Shown here in pieces: positions 27,784 to 40,178 of a stretch of DNA of 64,000 nt. Made by a program: the position numbers and the translations under genes. The stretch lies in assembly GCA_012295275.1 (NCBI GenBank), contig CM022674.1, positions 16,430,001 to 16,494,000 of the forward strand, in the 5' to 3' direction. How positions within the stretch are numbered: the stretch's first letter is position 1; each line of letters opens with the position of its first letter. Below the pieces are notes generated by a model that ran no database searches, was not told the origin of the DNA, and saw only the letters and a program-made list of their open reading frames with translations. This stretch comes from Chrysomallon squamiferum. Taxonomy: Eukaryota; Animalia; Mollusca.

Positions 27784-29641
27784 ACTTTTTACACTGAATT
27801 CTGAGGAAAAATTTGAAATTCATATTTTCTATATGCTGAAGAACTATTTCTATTTTACATTAATTTCACCTTCCCTCCATTAGTCAATAATAATAATACA
27901 AAAAAAAGATTCAAAAGTTAAAAAGATTTGTATTCACAAAAATCATGATTATTGACTGATTTACAACATACCTTTTTAAAACAAATACATCAAACACATT
28001 TCACTAATTATTGAAAAAGTAATGATTAGACAGTTTACAAACATTTAATTGAAAATTAATAATCATCAAACATAATTATGAATAATAAGCAAATATGATA
28101 TACAAATTATAATTATTGCCAATATGAAAATGTAAAACAATATTTATTATCAATATGGTAATATAAAATGATCTTAATAGTAACTAATTACATATAGTTT
28201 AAAATGCACATAACTAGAGTAATTGTTATATTATAATTATTATCAATACGAAAATGTAAAATAATAATTATTGTAGCAAATTAGGAATAAGCTTAACACA
28301 TTCAATGGCAGATAAATCAGTCAGGATTTCAATGCTAATCTGAAAGCTTTGTGACCTTTGGTCAAGTACAGTGGATTTCATCTGGTTTTATCACAGTTAT
28401 TTCCCATTCAGTGACGATTTTGATCTCCGAGATGAAAGGGTAAAGCCTATCATCTATACGTAACAATTTTTCTAATAACATATTATTAATAAGTAAATAT
28501 ATATATTTTTTTCTTGTTTTATTTTTATTTTATTTTTTTGTTACCTTTTATGAATATGCAAATATCAAATATTACGAATAAGCATATTTATTATTAATAG
28601 TATAATAATATATTATCAATTCTAATGTAAAAATGAAACAATAATTTAATATAAATATACAAATTAAAGTAATTATTATAATAATGTATTATGTATGGAG
28701 AAATGTTAAATATTTCTTTCTGAATATTCAAATGCAAAATATAAGAAATGATGAACGATAAAGTGTCAGTGAAAGATAGATAAACAAATAAATTAATAAA
28801 ACAAGTAAATAAATAAATTAACAAATAATGAAACTATTTTATTTCTATTAAATAGATAATACGAAATACTTTGAAATCTACAATCAAACCTGGTAGAAAT
28901 TTCAAATAGTTTTACATTCAAAAAACAGTATACAACAGGTACTATAGTGTTTATATAAAGTCACAAAAAACAAGCACGAATGAAGCTGGGATCGATCATT
29001 ATAATCAATACACAGTTATGTGGCAAAACATTTAGATATCAGTAACAATTCATATTGTTTAAAATATTATTTTAAATTTATCTTTATCCAAAACACGAAT
29101 AAATGTATTTTCAAATTCAGCAAGTATTGTTTATATAAATCTGAATTTCTAACCCTTTCTAAAGACAACAATTATTAAGTCACAGTTAACAACTGTTTTC
29201 AAAGACCGTTTCTATATTTACATTCCGGAATTGCTTCTAGAATACAATTTATAAATTTACGTTCTGCAACTGCTTCAGAAATAGTAGTTTATATATTCAA
29301 ATTTTAAAAGTTTCCAAAGGTACGTTGTAAAATTATCATTTAAAAATCATCGTTTGCAAAGACATAACTTACAAATTTAAGTAATAAATAAAACACTTTC
29401 AAATAAACTACCAAGACAAAATAAAATAAACAGTTCAACCTTTTTTCTTTTATTTTCTTAAATATATTATTTTTCTTTATCTGTTTCGGTATATAGACTA
29501 GTAAACATCCATGAAAATTGAAATTATTTTCCTGCTTTATTTTATATCTCCAGTTATCAATTAATATTCGTTAGGCAAATACAACTGTCTCATTTCCAAT
29601 AAGAAAACAAACGAGAAGATGTTCGAATTTTCGTCATTTTT

Positions 29642-30794
29642 TTAATTCAAAACAGAAGATGGTCGAATTTTCATCACAGTTTTCTTCAGCGAATAATAAT
29701 CACCTCTCCATGGCATCCAGGTGACTCCTTCACCAAACAGTTCATTGGTTCCGTTGAGGTACAAACCGTTCAGATTGGAAGCCTGACACTTATTGTACCA
29801 CCAGGCTCCCTTAAATTTCACAGCACATGTACTTCCATTGTCCTTTGTAGAGAATCTCATTCCGTTGAGTATCCACCTTTCTTTACTAGGGTTATGAAAC
29901 TGTCACCTGACAATAAAATTACTATCAAAAAAGGAGCCACTGTTCATTAAAAATTACTTTTAAAAATAGTTTAATTTTTTTCCTTATTTTCTGTCAAATA
30001 ATTTATATATATATATATTGTTTTTTCTATATGTTTAAGTATATTTTTTGTTTGGACACATAAAAAGCTTTGTCTATTTAAATAAATATATCATTAGCTA
30101 CATACGTAAATATGTGTTTTATCGATGTATTGTTTGTGTGTGTTTGTTTTGTTTTGTTTTTTTCTCCTTTTTTCGGTTTCAAGGTTTGTTTTGTAGGTCT
30201 TTTCATATATTATTTATATCCACACTGTTTATTGTCTGTATCTAAATATATATACTATCTTACTTGTTTTAAACTATAGTGTGTACCATATCAATCTACT
30301 AGTTAGACATCTGTCCAATTTTCTCATAATTTATAACAAAGCAATGTTATTTGTGTTGTTGTAGTTCTGATTTTTTAAAATTTTGTATATTTATTTTTAA
30401 AATGTATTAGAATTTTATTTATTTAACATGTTTTGTGTTGCTTGATTTACTTTAGAAAATTTGAATCTTACTTCTTTTTCTTCTTGTTGTTTATTTCAAT
30501 ATGATTGTTGTTGTTCTTTCTATTTTATTTTTTCCTTATTACCTGCATTTCCGCTGTATTTTTCTACTGATAAGCGATAAAAATCATCTACTCCAGTTAC
30601 TGAGATATTTTTGTAGAAGGCAAAAGTCGTGTTTCCTTCAAAATCTTCAAAGTCAATTTTTAGATCGTAGTAACCCTGTCTGGTCAACCGATGTATGTTC
30701 TCATTGCCTGGAAATATAAACCATCGTTCAATGAGTCAGCAAATTTATTAATTAATTAATTTGTTTATTTATTTGTTTGTTTATTTGTTTGTTT

Positions 30795-30886
<92 letters not shown>

Positions 30887-31671
30887 ATAATATATGAAAT
30901 GAAAACGATAGAAGAATTAATTAAAACTTTGCTCAAACTTACAAGCCAACCGCTATCATTGTCAGAAATTTCGCAGTACGCCCTGATTGGGCTGCCGTTG
31001 TCACGTGGTACAGTTGTATAAACTCCGCTTGTTTTACCTCCATTCATAATTATTTCTACACAGTCAGATGGAACACTTTCTGTAATAATCAGAGTCATTT
31101 TCTCTACACATTCAGACTGAACACTTTCTGTAACAGCAATAACAACGAGGATGATGATGTCAGTTTATAAATTCTTATGCAAAACAAAATAAATCCATTA
31201 TTCTGTGAAAAAAGTATCTAAATTAATGCATGTATAAACAAATAGACTTACAAACAAATGTGCATAAAAAGGAAGAAAACAATACACGTTCTTTTATCTA
31301 TCTTTGCAGTACATTTGATTTTTAGATATAAGTAAACAAACAAATCACAACTTACCATACGATTCAGTTTGTGTCTCACTAATAAACGAAAGAAAATTCA
31401 ACGTTTCGTTGTAAAGAGAGCATATACGGTTGCCGCTGTTGTAGACGAAACCTTTGCAGCCGACGCAGGTGGAACATTCGGTGACGAAGCAGAGTTTACT
31501 GGACAGGTTCAATTCTTTTGAAGGATCTTCTGCAGGTTTCTTATCGTTGTGCTGTGGTAACTTTCGAAAAGTTTTACGAGTGCTAAGCTCGAAATTAGCA
31601 AAAGAAACAACGATTATCACAAATGCTAAAATACAAAAGTCTATTCTTTGGATTCGTCTCATTATATCCAT
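29642..31671 (-). pseudogene. Fibrinogen-related protein (signal peptide + PAN/apple-like + FBG domain); exons 31671-31356, 31079-30943, 30707-30543, 29906-29642; one internal exon missing
   Basis: Hydrophobic leader, then C...EC...CKGFVYN....CSLY; PSDC...SGVY...AYC...GWL; GNENIHRLTRQGYYDLKIDFEDFEG...YSGNAG; NGMRFSTKDN...GAWWYNKCQASNLNGLY...W..W.G..YSLKKTVMKIRP. Phase clash between exons 2 and 3, and a 1-nt deletion near 29897. Confidence 0.88.
30799..30882. repeat. (GA)n microsatellite
   Basis: Pure GA run inside the FReP intron. Confidence 0.98.
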
Positions 31672-32959
31672 TTTACAAACGATTTCAGTGCTGGAATGAA
31701 TTAATCCTATTACATCAAGAAATTGTAATCGTTATTTCACATAACCAAATAAAATATTGATTAGTTCTACTGGTGTTTCGAAGCAATGTCATAAATTCTG
31801 TTTCTGGTGATTCCCAAACAGAGTCAACAATTAGCATCGAAGAACAGCTGATAAATATTTGTGTTAATGTTTCCAGAGGTTTGAAAAATCTTACAAAAAG
31901 TATCTGTCAGTTTTTTTTAAAGAACTGATCATACCACACCCACACTTGTTAAATACAATCAACTACAGTTTTCAGTAACCAATATCTTGCTAGTTACACA
32001 ACCTTGTTACTGTAAAGTCTTTACCACTTTACTCTCGCTGGCAGTCTAACAAGGTAAAACCCTGAAACACTTGAACCGTTTGACACAAGCTTCTGTTTTC
32101 TATGCAGAGCTCAAGTATTTGATGCTACAGTGAATATGGTTAATGTAATTAATAATGTAGTAATCCTGCATATTTTTGTATAATTCTTATTGATTTTTTC
32201 AATTTAATTGAACGACATTTAAGACTAGAAGAATGCTCTATGCATTTACGTGTATTCGAATAGCAGTCATCAGGGAAATGATCATTTGAAAAATGAAATC
32301 TCTATCTTTGAATAATTAAGTTGTCCACTTGCTAAACTAGCTGGTTTCTTCTTTCCGTCTCCTTTGCTTCAGGGACTGCTTTGGGCAAAATGTTGTTGTA
32401 TCTCTTGGGGTTGTTTCTTGTTAATTATTTATTTTTTTATATTTATTTTTATTTTTATTATTGTTCTCACTGTGTGTGTGTGTATATATATATGTGTGTA
32501 TGTATTATATATGTGTGTGTGTTGTGTTTGTGTGTGTTTGTGCGGTGGGTTGTGTGGGATGTAAACAAATACACAATTCCTTTTTTCAGCTATTTTAATC
32601 ATTCCTGTTTCTCTCTATCCATCCACCAATGTATCTATCATTGATTCGAACACACCGATTTTAGTATTAATGTTTTGAAACAGAGCATATAGATTTATTA
32701 TATTTGTATGTATGTATGTATGTATGTGTGTGAGTGAGTTTATACAGTTAATGTATTAAGTAGGTATAAACGTATATATAAGTGTGTGTGTGTGTGTGTG
32801 TGTGTGTGTCTGTATCTGTGCATGTATTTATGTTTGGATGATAATCTGTATGTATTTAGATTATTAACATATGTATGTGTTCATGATGGATTGGTACCTA
32901 GACAGATTTAAATATAAGTGTAGCTTAGGTAGAAACGATTTCTTGAATGTTCAACACAA

Positions 32960-33700
32960 TCACAGCAACACCTGTTTTATTTTCATTATATTTAAATGCT
33001 TTAAGAGATTGTTTTCCTACAGAAAACTCCAAAGGTATTAAATTGATAACAGTTTTTCTGGAGAAAAATATTAATGCATATCTGAAGTTATATGCTGATC
33101 ATGTTGTACAATTTAGGAGAAGGAACAGAAATCTTACAACATTACGTGCACTGTGTCGAAATGTATTGAAAAACATGGAAATCAAAAGTTAATGCTGCCA
33201 TGTCAAAAATTATTATTTTCTTTCCATAGGAAAATTAAAAACAGATTTATATATAAACATATGGAAAAAGAAATTGTCGCTGAGGTTATTAATCGACTGT
33301 CACTTAGATGAGTTTCATAATATTGTAAAACCAATATTGTTATATGAATGTGAAATCAGGGGTTTTAGTAATTGCAATATAAATGAAAGATTTCATCTCA
33401 AGTTTTGCAAGTGTATATTATGTGTTAACAAGTCAACACCAAGCTGCATGGTATGAATGCTTCTATAATAGCTGTATTAGATGAATGTGTTTATGAAGTA
33501 TATATTCGTGTGTTCAAGTAAATATTTTGTGCCAATTAAGAATGGTAGAACTTTATTTAAAGTTAGTAATGTCAAGTCTCCTATATAAACTGGTAGATAG
33601 TTCAATATTGAAACTCAGAAAAAGTCAGTTATGTAATTTTGATATTGGTGATGAGTTTCCCTATATATTTAAGTGGAACATTTTACTTTACAGAGTAATA
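32960..33700 (+). mobile_element. Degenerate LINE 3' fragment (RT C-terminal region)
   Basis: PVLFSLYLNAL...YLKLYAD; VKPILLYECEIRGFSN...ERFHLKFCKCILCVNKSTPSCMV; LCNFDIGDEFPYIF resembles a C-terminal zinc-knuckle remnant. Confidence 0.78.
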
Positions 33701-34308
33701 CATATTTACCATATTGCTGTACATTTACACCAAATATATGCCATATTATTATACATCTATACCAAAAACAATGACATTTCAACATTTATTTGCTATAACA
33801 CACACATTATATCTTTAGTTTCGTTGTTTTAGAAAAACAAAATAATAAAGTTTCAACTGTCTACAGTTTATTGTTTAAATGTGATCAATGAAAATATTGA
33901 CCTGAATTATAAAAGGAAAAAGCCTATCGTCTATACGTAACAGTTATTGTACTAACATATTGTTAACAAGCAAATACAGTGGGGGTTTTATGAATATGCA
34001 GATGTCAAATATTACAAATGAGCTTATGTATGATTTAGTATAATAATATATTGTGAATGCTAATCTAAAATTCAAACGTATTATGAATATGCTAATTCAA
34101 GTAATTTTTATAATAAAGTATAATGTACGGAGATTCATAATATCTATTATATCATTTTTTTAATTATTTTTTTTAATTAATATTCAGAAGTAAAATATAG
34201 GAAATTATGAATCATCAAATGTTAACGAAAAGAAGCAGAGGGATAGATAGATAGATAGATAAATAAATAAATAATAGTAGTAATACTAATCACAATAGCA
34301 GTAGTGTC

Positions 34309-34357
<49 letters not shown>

Positions 34358-34919
34358 TTTGCGTGTGTCTGTGTGTGTGTATATATGTATTTAACCATTA
34401 ATGTCTTTAAAACAAGCATTAACAACAAAATGCTGTAACTGGAAAAGTGTACTGACCGAATTCAATCAAGGTACATAAAGTGATTTTCAGAGAGAATGAA
34501 AACAAAAATAAAACACACACATTATACCTTTAGTTTAGTTGTTTTATAAAAGCAATATAATAATGTTTCAAACTGTCTACAGTTTATTGTTTAAATGTGA
34601 TCTATGCCTAAAGTATTATGAGCAGTTTCACGTCTAAACACCACAACAGAGACCCTGAAACATCTAAGCATTAGATTCCAGCATCACCCCAGTGTTTAAT
34701 GTTATATAAATCTGTTATTATTATTAACACTGGGACATTGAACCCTCCTGTCCTTATCCTCATAGAATCAGTGAACCCCAAAGTTTCCTTTAAAACAAAC
34801 AAACAAAAACAAAATTGGCAAATGTCATTTGTAACAGAATATGTAATTATTAACGAGGTTCAAATAATTATTTATAGAAAATAATATTTTAATAAATGAA
34901 CCAAAAAAGTGAGGTAAGT

Positions 34920-35090
34920 TTCAGTTCTGTTTCGCTGGATGGCTGCATTAATACTAATTAGTGTGTTTATAAAAGGTTGTGGTTTGTCCTTTTCTGTCTA
35001 TGGAAAGATGCACATAAAACTCTTGCTGCTAATCAGCAGTTTATTCATTTTCAGTGTCTCTCACTAACTTTAAGATTATATTAAAACGTT
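34920..35090 (+). mobile_element. Degenerate SINE-like fragment
   Basis: aaaggttgtggtttgtccttttctgtctatggaaagatgcacataaaactcttgctgctaatc resembles the reverse complement of 56820-56900. Confidence 0.4.
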
Positions 35091-35299
35091 TTTAATACTT
35101 ATGGATTAAAATGTTTCTTTTCCTGAGCGAGACATTAAACAGTTCCTTGTTTTTAATGATATAAATTACAGTAAGTAAATAGAACAAAATAAAATAACTG
35201 AAAATGAAACGGTACAGATTAAAAAATAAAATAAGTTTCTGTCTGAAATCTATATTTTCCTTCTTTATTTTCAATACTTATAGTAAATAAATTCTACGC

Positions 35300-36241
35300 T
35301 TACCGAACAGCAGCCATTACTACAAAGGAATCCCTCTCACCTATTGACTGACTTCTGATACTCATGTTATCAATATCGAGGGATTTGAACACCTGGTGGT
35401 GATACGATTTGGGATCGGAGACCATCTTCAAAAACAGATTTCTCCGCAGCCGTGCTCTTGGTAGATTGCATCTCTGATTGTCGAATATCATCTCATTATC
35501 GAACTCGGGGAAAACCTCATCTTCAGAATCACTCAAACTCTCTTCAAGAACTTCCTTCTCAGCTTGTCGGTTGCTGTCGCGACGGTGTAACAATAGCTCT
35601 GACGTCATCTCTACTATGACGTCCCAAGCATAGGTGGTATTTTTGTTGCAGGCTCTTTTCGCGCAAATGGCGAACCGAATAACGAACTGTTCGTTGATTA
35701 ATGATGGTCTCATGTGTAGCTTACATGACTCACCGATCATGCGCAGTAGCTTCTGAGTTAAAGAGTTGGGCCTCTTGAAAAGAAATATTATTTTGGTTAA
35801 TTGCAGATTATTTTAAATAATTTATAGATTTTTTTTTCTGACTTATATTTTTTTTCCTCATTATCAATTTTTATTATTTTTTAATTTGTTACCATTAATA
35901 TTTTATTAGTGCTTTTATTATTATTACATATGTTGTATTTTCTTTCAGGTAATAAATGAATGAACAAATAAATATCTCATTCTAGCGAACATTAATTATA
36001 ATTTAATCCTGACCTTAAGACGGAAACAAACGATGCCCATGGTAACTTCTCCGAGTATTTCAAACTGATCATCTTTTTTCTATCAGACTTTCAAACAGCT
36101 TCGCCAGACGAACATGCTGAATAATAATACTTTTGAAATATATATTAAAATCGTGCGAAAATACATGTTTCAAGAAAGCAAAGAACCATTCCTAAGAAGG
36201 TAATCATTTTTTTCAAAGAAAACACATTGTCGGTGTCATAC

Positions 36242-36295
<54 letters not shown>

Positions 36296-37340
36296 TCATA
36301 GACAGTTAAGTCATTTACACAGAGTAAACGTAGACTCTCAGCCAAACACGGACAATGTGGTGATTATTACTGATATTGTGAAGATGATCAATGTGGGTCT
36401 TTAATTCATATTATAAAGAACACTTCATAAAAAAATAACACAGATAACAATAGATAGAAATAAAAGCAAATAACTAAAACAACCTTGTGTTACTTGTAAC
36501 TACATAATATACAGGATATTTAATGGTACATATTTAAATATTAATCGTATGTATTTGTCAATAATTACTTTATGATCTCTTATTGAAATGGATCCTACAT
36601 TTCCCCTTTTATATAGTACTACATAATTTAAAATAATAAACTTATGAAAAGTATAAAAATAGCCAAGTGGTAAGAATTATTTAATTTAAACTCATCTGAG
36701 GTTTTACTAAAGATTTAAAGACAAATTTAATATGATTTACCCCATTTGTAAATTAATTTGTTTTGTTAATGATAATTTTTGTTATTATTTTTATCATGAT
36801 TATCATCATTACTATTGTTAATGTTCTTGTTACTAACATTTATAAAGGCTATTCGTTTCATCAAGAACGAGAACTTTCCTTTTTCATCAAATCTGACTGT
36901 GAGACTTACCTCCCTTAAACGATGCTGAAGCCCTTTGACATCGAAGATTCAATAAAGTTGTGAAAAATATGTAAAATAAAAATAGCCAAGCGGTATGACT
37001 TGTTTTATTAAAATAATTTTATTTAAGATAAAAAGACAAATCTAATATAATATACCCGACTTATAACTTAATTTGTTTTATTAATCATAATTTTTGTTAT
37101 CATTGCTATTACTATTTCTATCATCAACATCATCATCATCATTATTTGTTAACGCTATTGTTACTAACAATTATACACTCCGTTCGTTTCCTTTAAGAAC
37201 GAGAACTTTGCTATTTCTCCAAATATGACTGTGAGACTTACCTCCCTCATACGACGCTGAAGCCCCTCAACGCCGTATATTCGTAAAACGAACCAAAGTT
37301 TCAAAAAACGAAACCGCCCGCTCAAAGGCATTTCCCAGTG
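35300..37340 (-). pseudogene. Tdc: 5'-truncated tyrosine decarboxylase-like gene (group II PLP decarboxylase); exons 37340-37242, 36116-36014, 35773-~35300
   Basis: HWEMPLSGRFRFLKLWFVLRIYGVEGLQ; HVRLAKLFESLI..DDQFEILGEVTMGIVCFRLK (+1 shift in an A run near 36075); PNSLTQKLL..I.ES.KLHM.P...VIRFAIC...YAWDVI and the Tdc-type tail RRNLFLKMVSDPKSY. No upstream exons found. Confidence 0.85.
36430..36960 (-). repeat. Local partial duplication of Tdc exon end and intron
   Basis: gagacttacctcccttaaacgatgctgaagccct at 36900 duplicates 37233-37270; 36650-36900 duplicates 36975-37235. Confidence 0.8.
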
Positions 37341-37722
37341 CTCGCAAATGAACAAATTATTAATTAATTAATTTACCAAGACTATTTCAGAAATATTGAT
37401 TGTTTTATTGTTCTATTGACCTTATTGCCCTGAAAAGATCAGGTACTATGTTCATATAAACATTGAACGGATAAAAAGACTGGATGAAAAAAAGAAGAAA
37501 TAAATAAATCTACACGACTCTATAATATTTTAAAATTAATGAAATATCAGGCATATTATTTATTAATCATTTTTGCTGTCGTTGTTGTTGTTGTTGTTGT
37601 TGTTGTTATTATCATACTTATACATCCTATATTTTCATCATAAGCTTAACATATTGAATGTACGGTTACATTAAACAAATTTAAAGATACTTAAATATAT
37701 ATATATATATATATATATAGAT

Positions 37723-37753
<31 letters not shown>

Positions 37754-37788
37754 TACAGACAGACCGATATATATATATATATATTTAA

Positions 37789-37821
<33 letters not shown>

Positions 37822-38099
37822 CAGACATACAGATAGATTGTTTTACTATTCATTCATTAGTGATGCGTACTGATATTGTGTTTGGAGAAACAGCAAACAA
37901 TTTAATACAGCTGCGAGGATCTATATTTATTGATTTAATTTAAATCTGGAGCAAAAGCTAAGCCACGGACATAATCAATAATAAAAATAGCATGCCGAGT
38001 GTCTACATATCTAACCGACTTTTGCTCAACTGATAACAGGCCTATTTATTCAATATCTTTTTTACGTCATTATATCAGTATTTCAGTATAGATATGTGT

Positions 38100-38239
38100 G
38101 TGTGTCTGTGTGCATCGCCGGAACGTGGGACCCGTTTGTCATGACTTCGAACTCAACGCGCACACCCCGGGAGAATGCGTTGCAAAAACAAAGAATGGTT
38201 GTCAACAACAAATGAAAGTAGAAACTTCTAACAGATCAG
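38100..38239 (+). promoter_or_regulatory. CpG-rich putative promoter / non-coding exon 1 of PARP copy 1
   Basis: Homologous to 44545-44685 and 63250-63386; each ends in (a/c)tcag|gt and lies upstream of the same ttttcag|tg acceptor. Confidence 0.6.
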
Positions 38240-38537
38240 GTGAACTGATTTTCTGAAGATATAAGTACGTCAGGACATTTATGTGTTTCTTATGCGGACT
38301 GATCATATCACACGATAAAATCATGGTAAGAATAATCTGAAATCATGGTACGTATACATATTATTATTATTGTTGTTGTTTTTGTTGTTGCTGCTGTTGT
38401 TATTTTACGCCCTCTCTACATGAAGGATCTGGCCGCATATCGTCGATCTCAGCACGGTCATGGAGAAATCTGCCTACATTTATGTGAAACTTAATGCTGT
38501 TTAGAATGATTATATTATTGAGCTTATTATTTTTCAT

Positions 38538-38615
<78 letters not shown>

Positions 38616-38996
38616 CTTCAGAAAATAACGGAAAAGAAATGAAACAGCAAAAAAAGACACTTTGGTATCAATATGGATACAGTACAGGAGACACGAGTAC
38701 TATCGTTGTCGTGTTAGGTTGACCTGGGAGTACAGGTCCGAAGTCCATGTAAAGATAAAGAGTAAGAAAGTGACACTTTTAGTGTTGTGCAAACTTTAGT
38801 AACTAAGACTAATATTCTTTGCCTGGGGTACCCGGTATGTACTTCTCTGTTTAATCTCTGAACTTTGTCAGATGTACTCTATCCTTACAAATACCACTAG
38901 CAGCACAAGAAAAAATCGCAAAAAAAAAAAATGTTTAAAATGTCTGTTGATAAGGCCATGGTCGAAACTGCAAGATTACATTACTTAGTTTGTTTT

Positions 38997-39043
<47 letters not shown>

Positions 39044-39141
39044 TTATTATTATTATTATTATATAATTATAACAGGAAGTAAAGGTCAATATAAAATCAG
39101 TACTGCAAGTTACTTAATTATGTGATTGGCAGTCACCACTT

Positions 39142-39208
<67 letters not shown>

Positions 39209-40178
39209 CAACAAGAACAATACAAATTATAACCTTAGTAAATACATTATGTGATCTAACCAAAAATACTTAAATATACTGAACAAATCTCGAAACAATT
39301 TGTTTTTCTTTTATTGTTCATTCATTACTGATGCCTTATTGGATACTGTGTTCGGAGAAACAGCAGATTATGTTATTCAGCTGAGAGCTCCTGCCAGAAC
39401 CTAGTTTTATTTATTTAACGTCTGAGGCAAAAATTAAGCAACTAACGTAATGAATAATAAAAATAGCTTGCCGTATGTCAATATATCTGACCTACTTTCG
39501 TTCAACCGATAACTATAGCTGGACTGTTTCTTCCTTATCTTTCTTACGTCATTATATTAGTATTTCAGACTAAAGTTAATTACAGTAACAACAACAATAG
39601 TTTTAATAGAAATAAATAAATAAATCAGTTATAAATATCTGTTTCAATATTTTAAACAAATATACATAGATATATAGATACAAAGACAAAGAGTAAGAAA
39701 GTGACACTTTTAGTATTCTGCAGCTTTAGTAACTAAGACTAATATTCTATGCCTGGGGTACCCGGTATGTACTTCTCTGTTTAATCACCGAACTTTGTTA
39801 GATGCACTTTATCCTTACAAATATCATTAGCACAAATCGTGACAAAAATATTTAAATATTCAATAAAATGTCTGCTGATAAGGTCATGATCGAAATTGCA
39901 AGACCACATAACTTAGCTTTCATTAGTTAATACCTATTTATTTATTTCAATTTATTTATTTATTTATTTTAATTTAATTTATTTATTATTAGTAGTAGTA
40001 GTAGTAGTATTAGTATTACTATCGCTATTATTATTAGTAGTAGCAGTAGTAGTAGTACTAGTAGTAGTATTTTAATTTTATATATTTATTTATTTATTTA
40101 TTATTTTTTATACATGAGGGGAAACTATTTTACACTGATTTTCAGTTGGCTATTTGATGTTTATAATTTTATTTTCAG

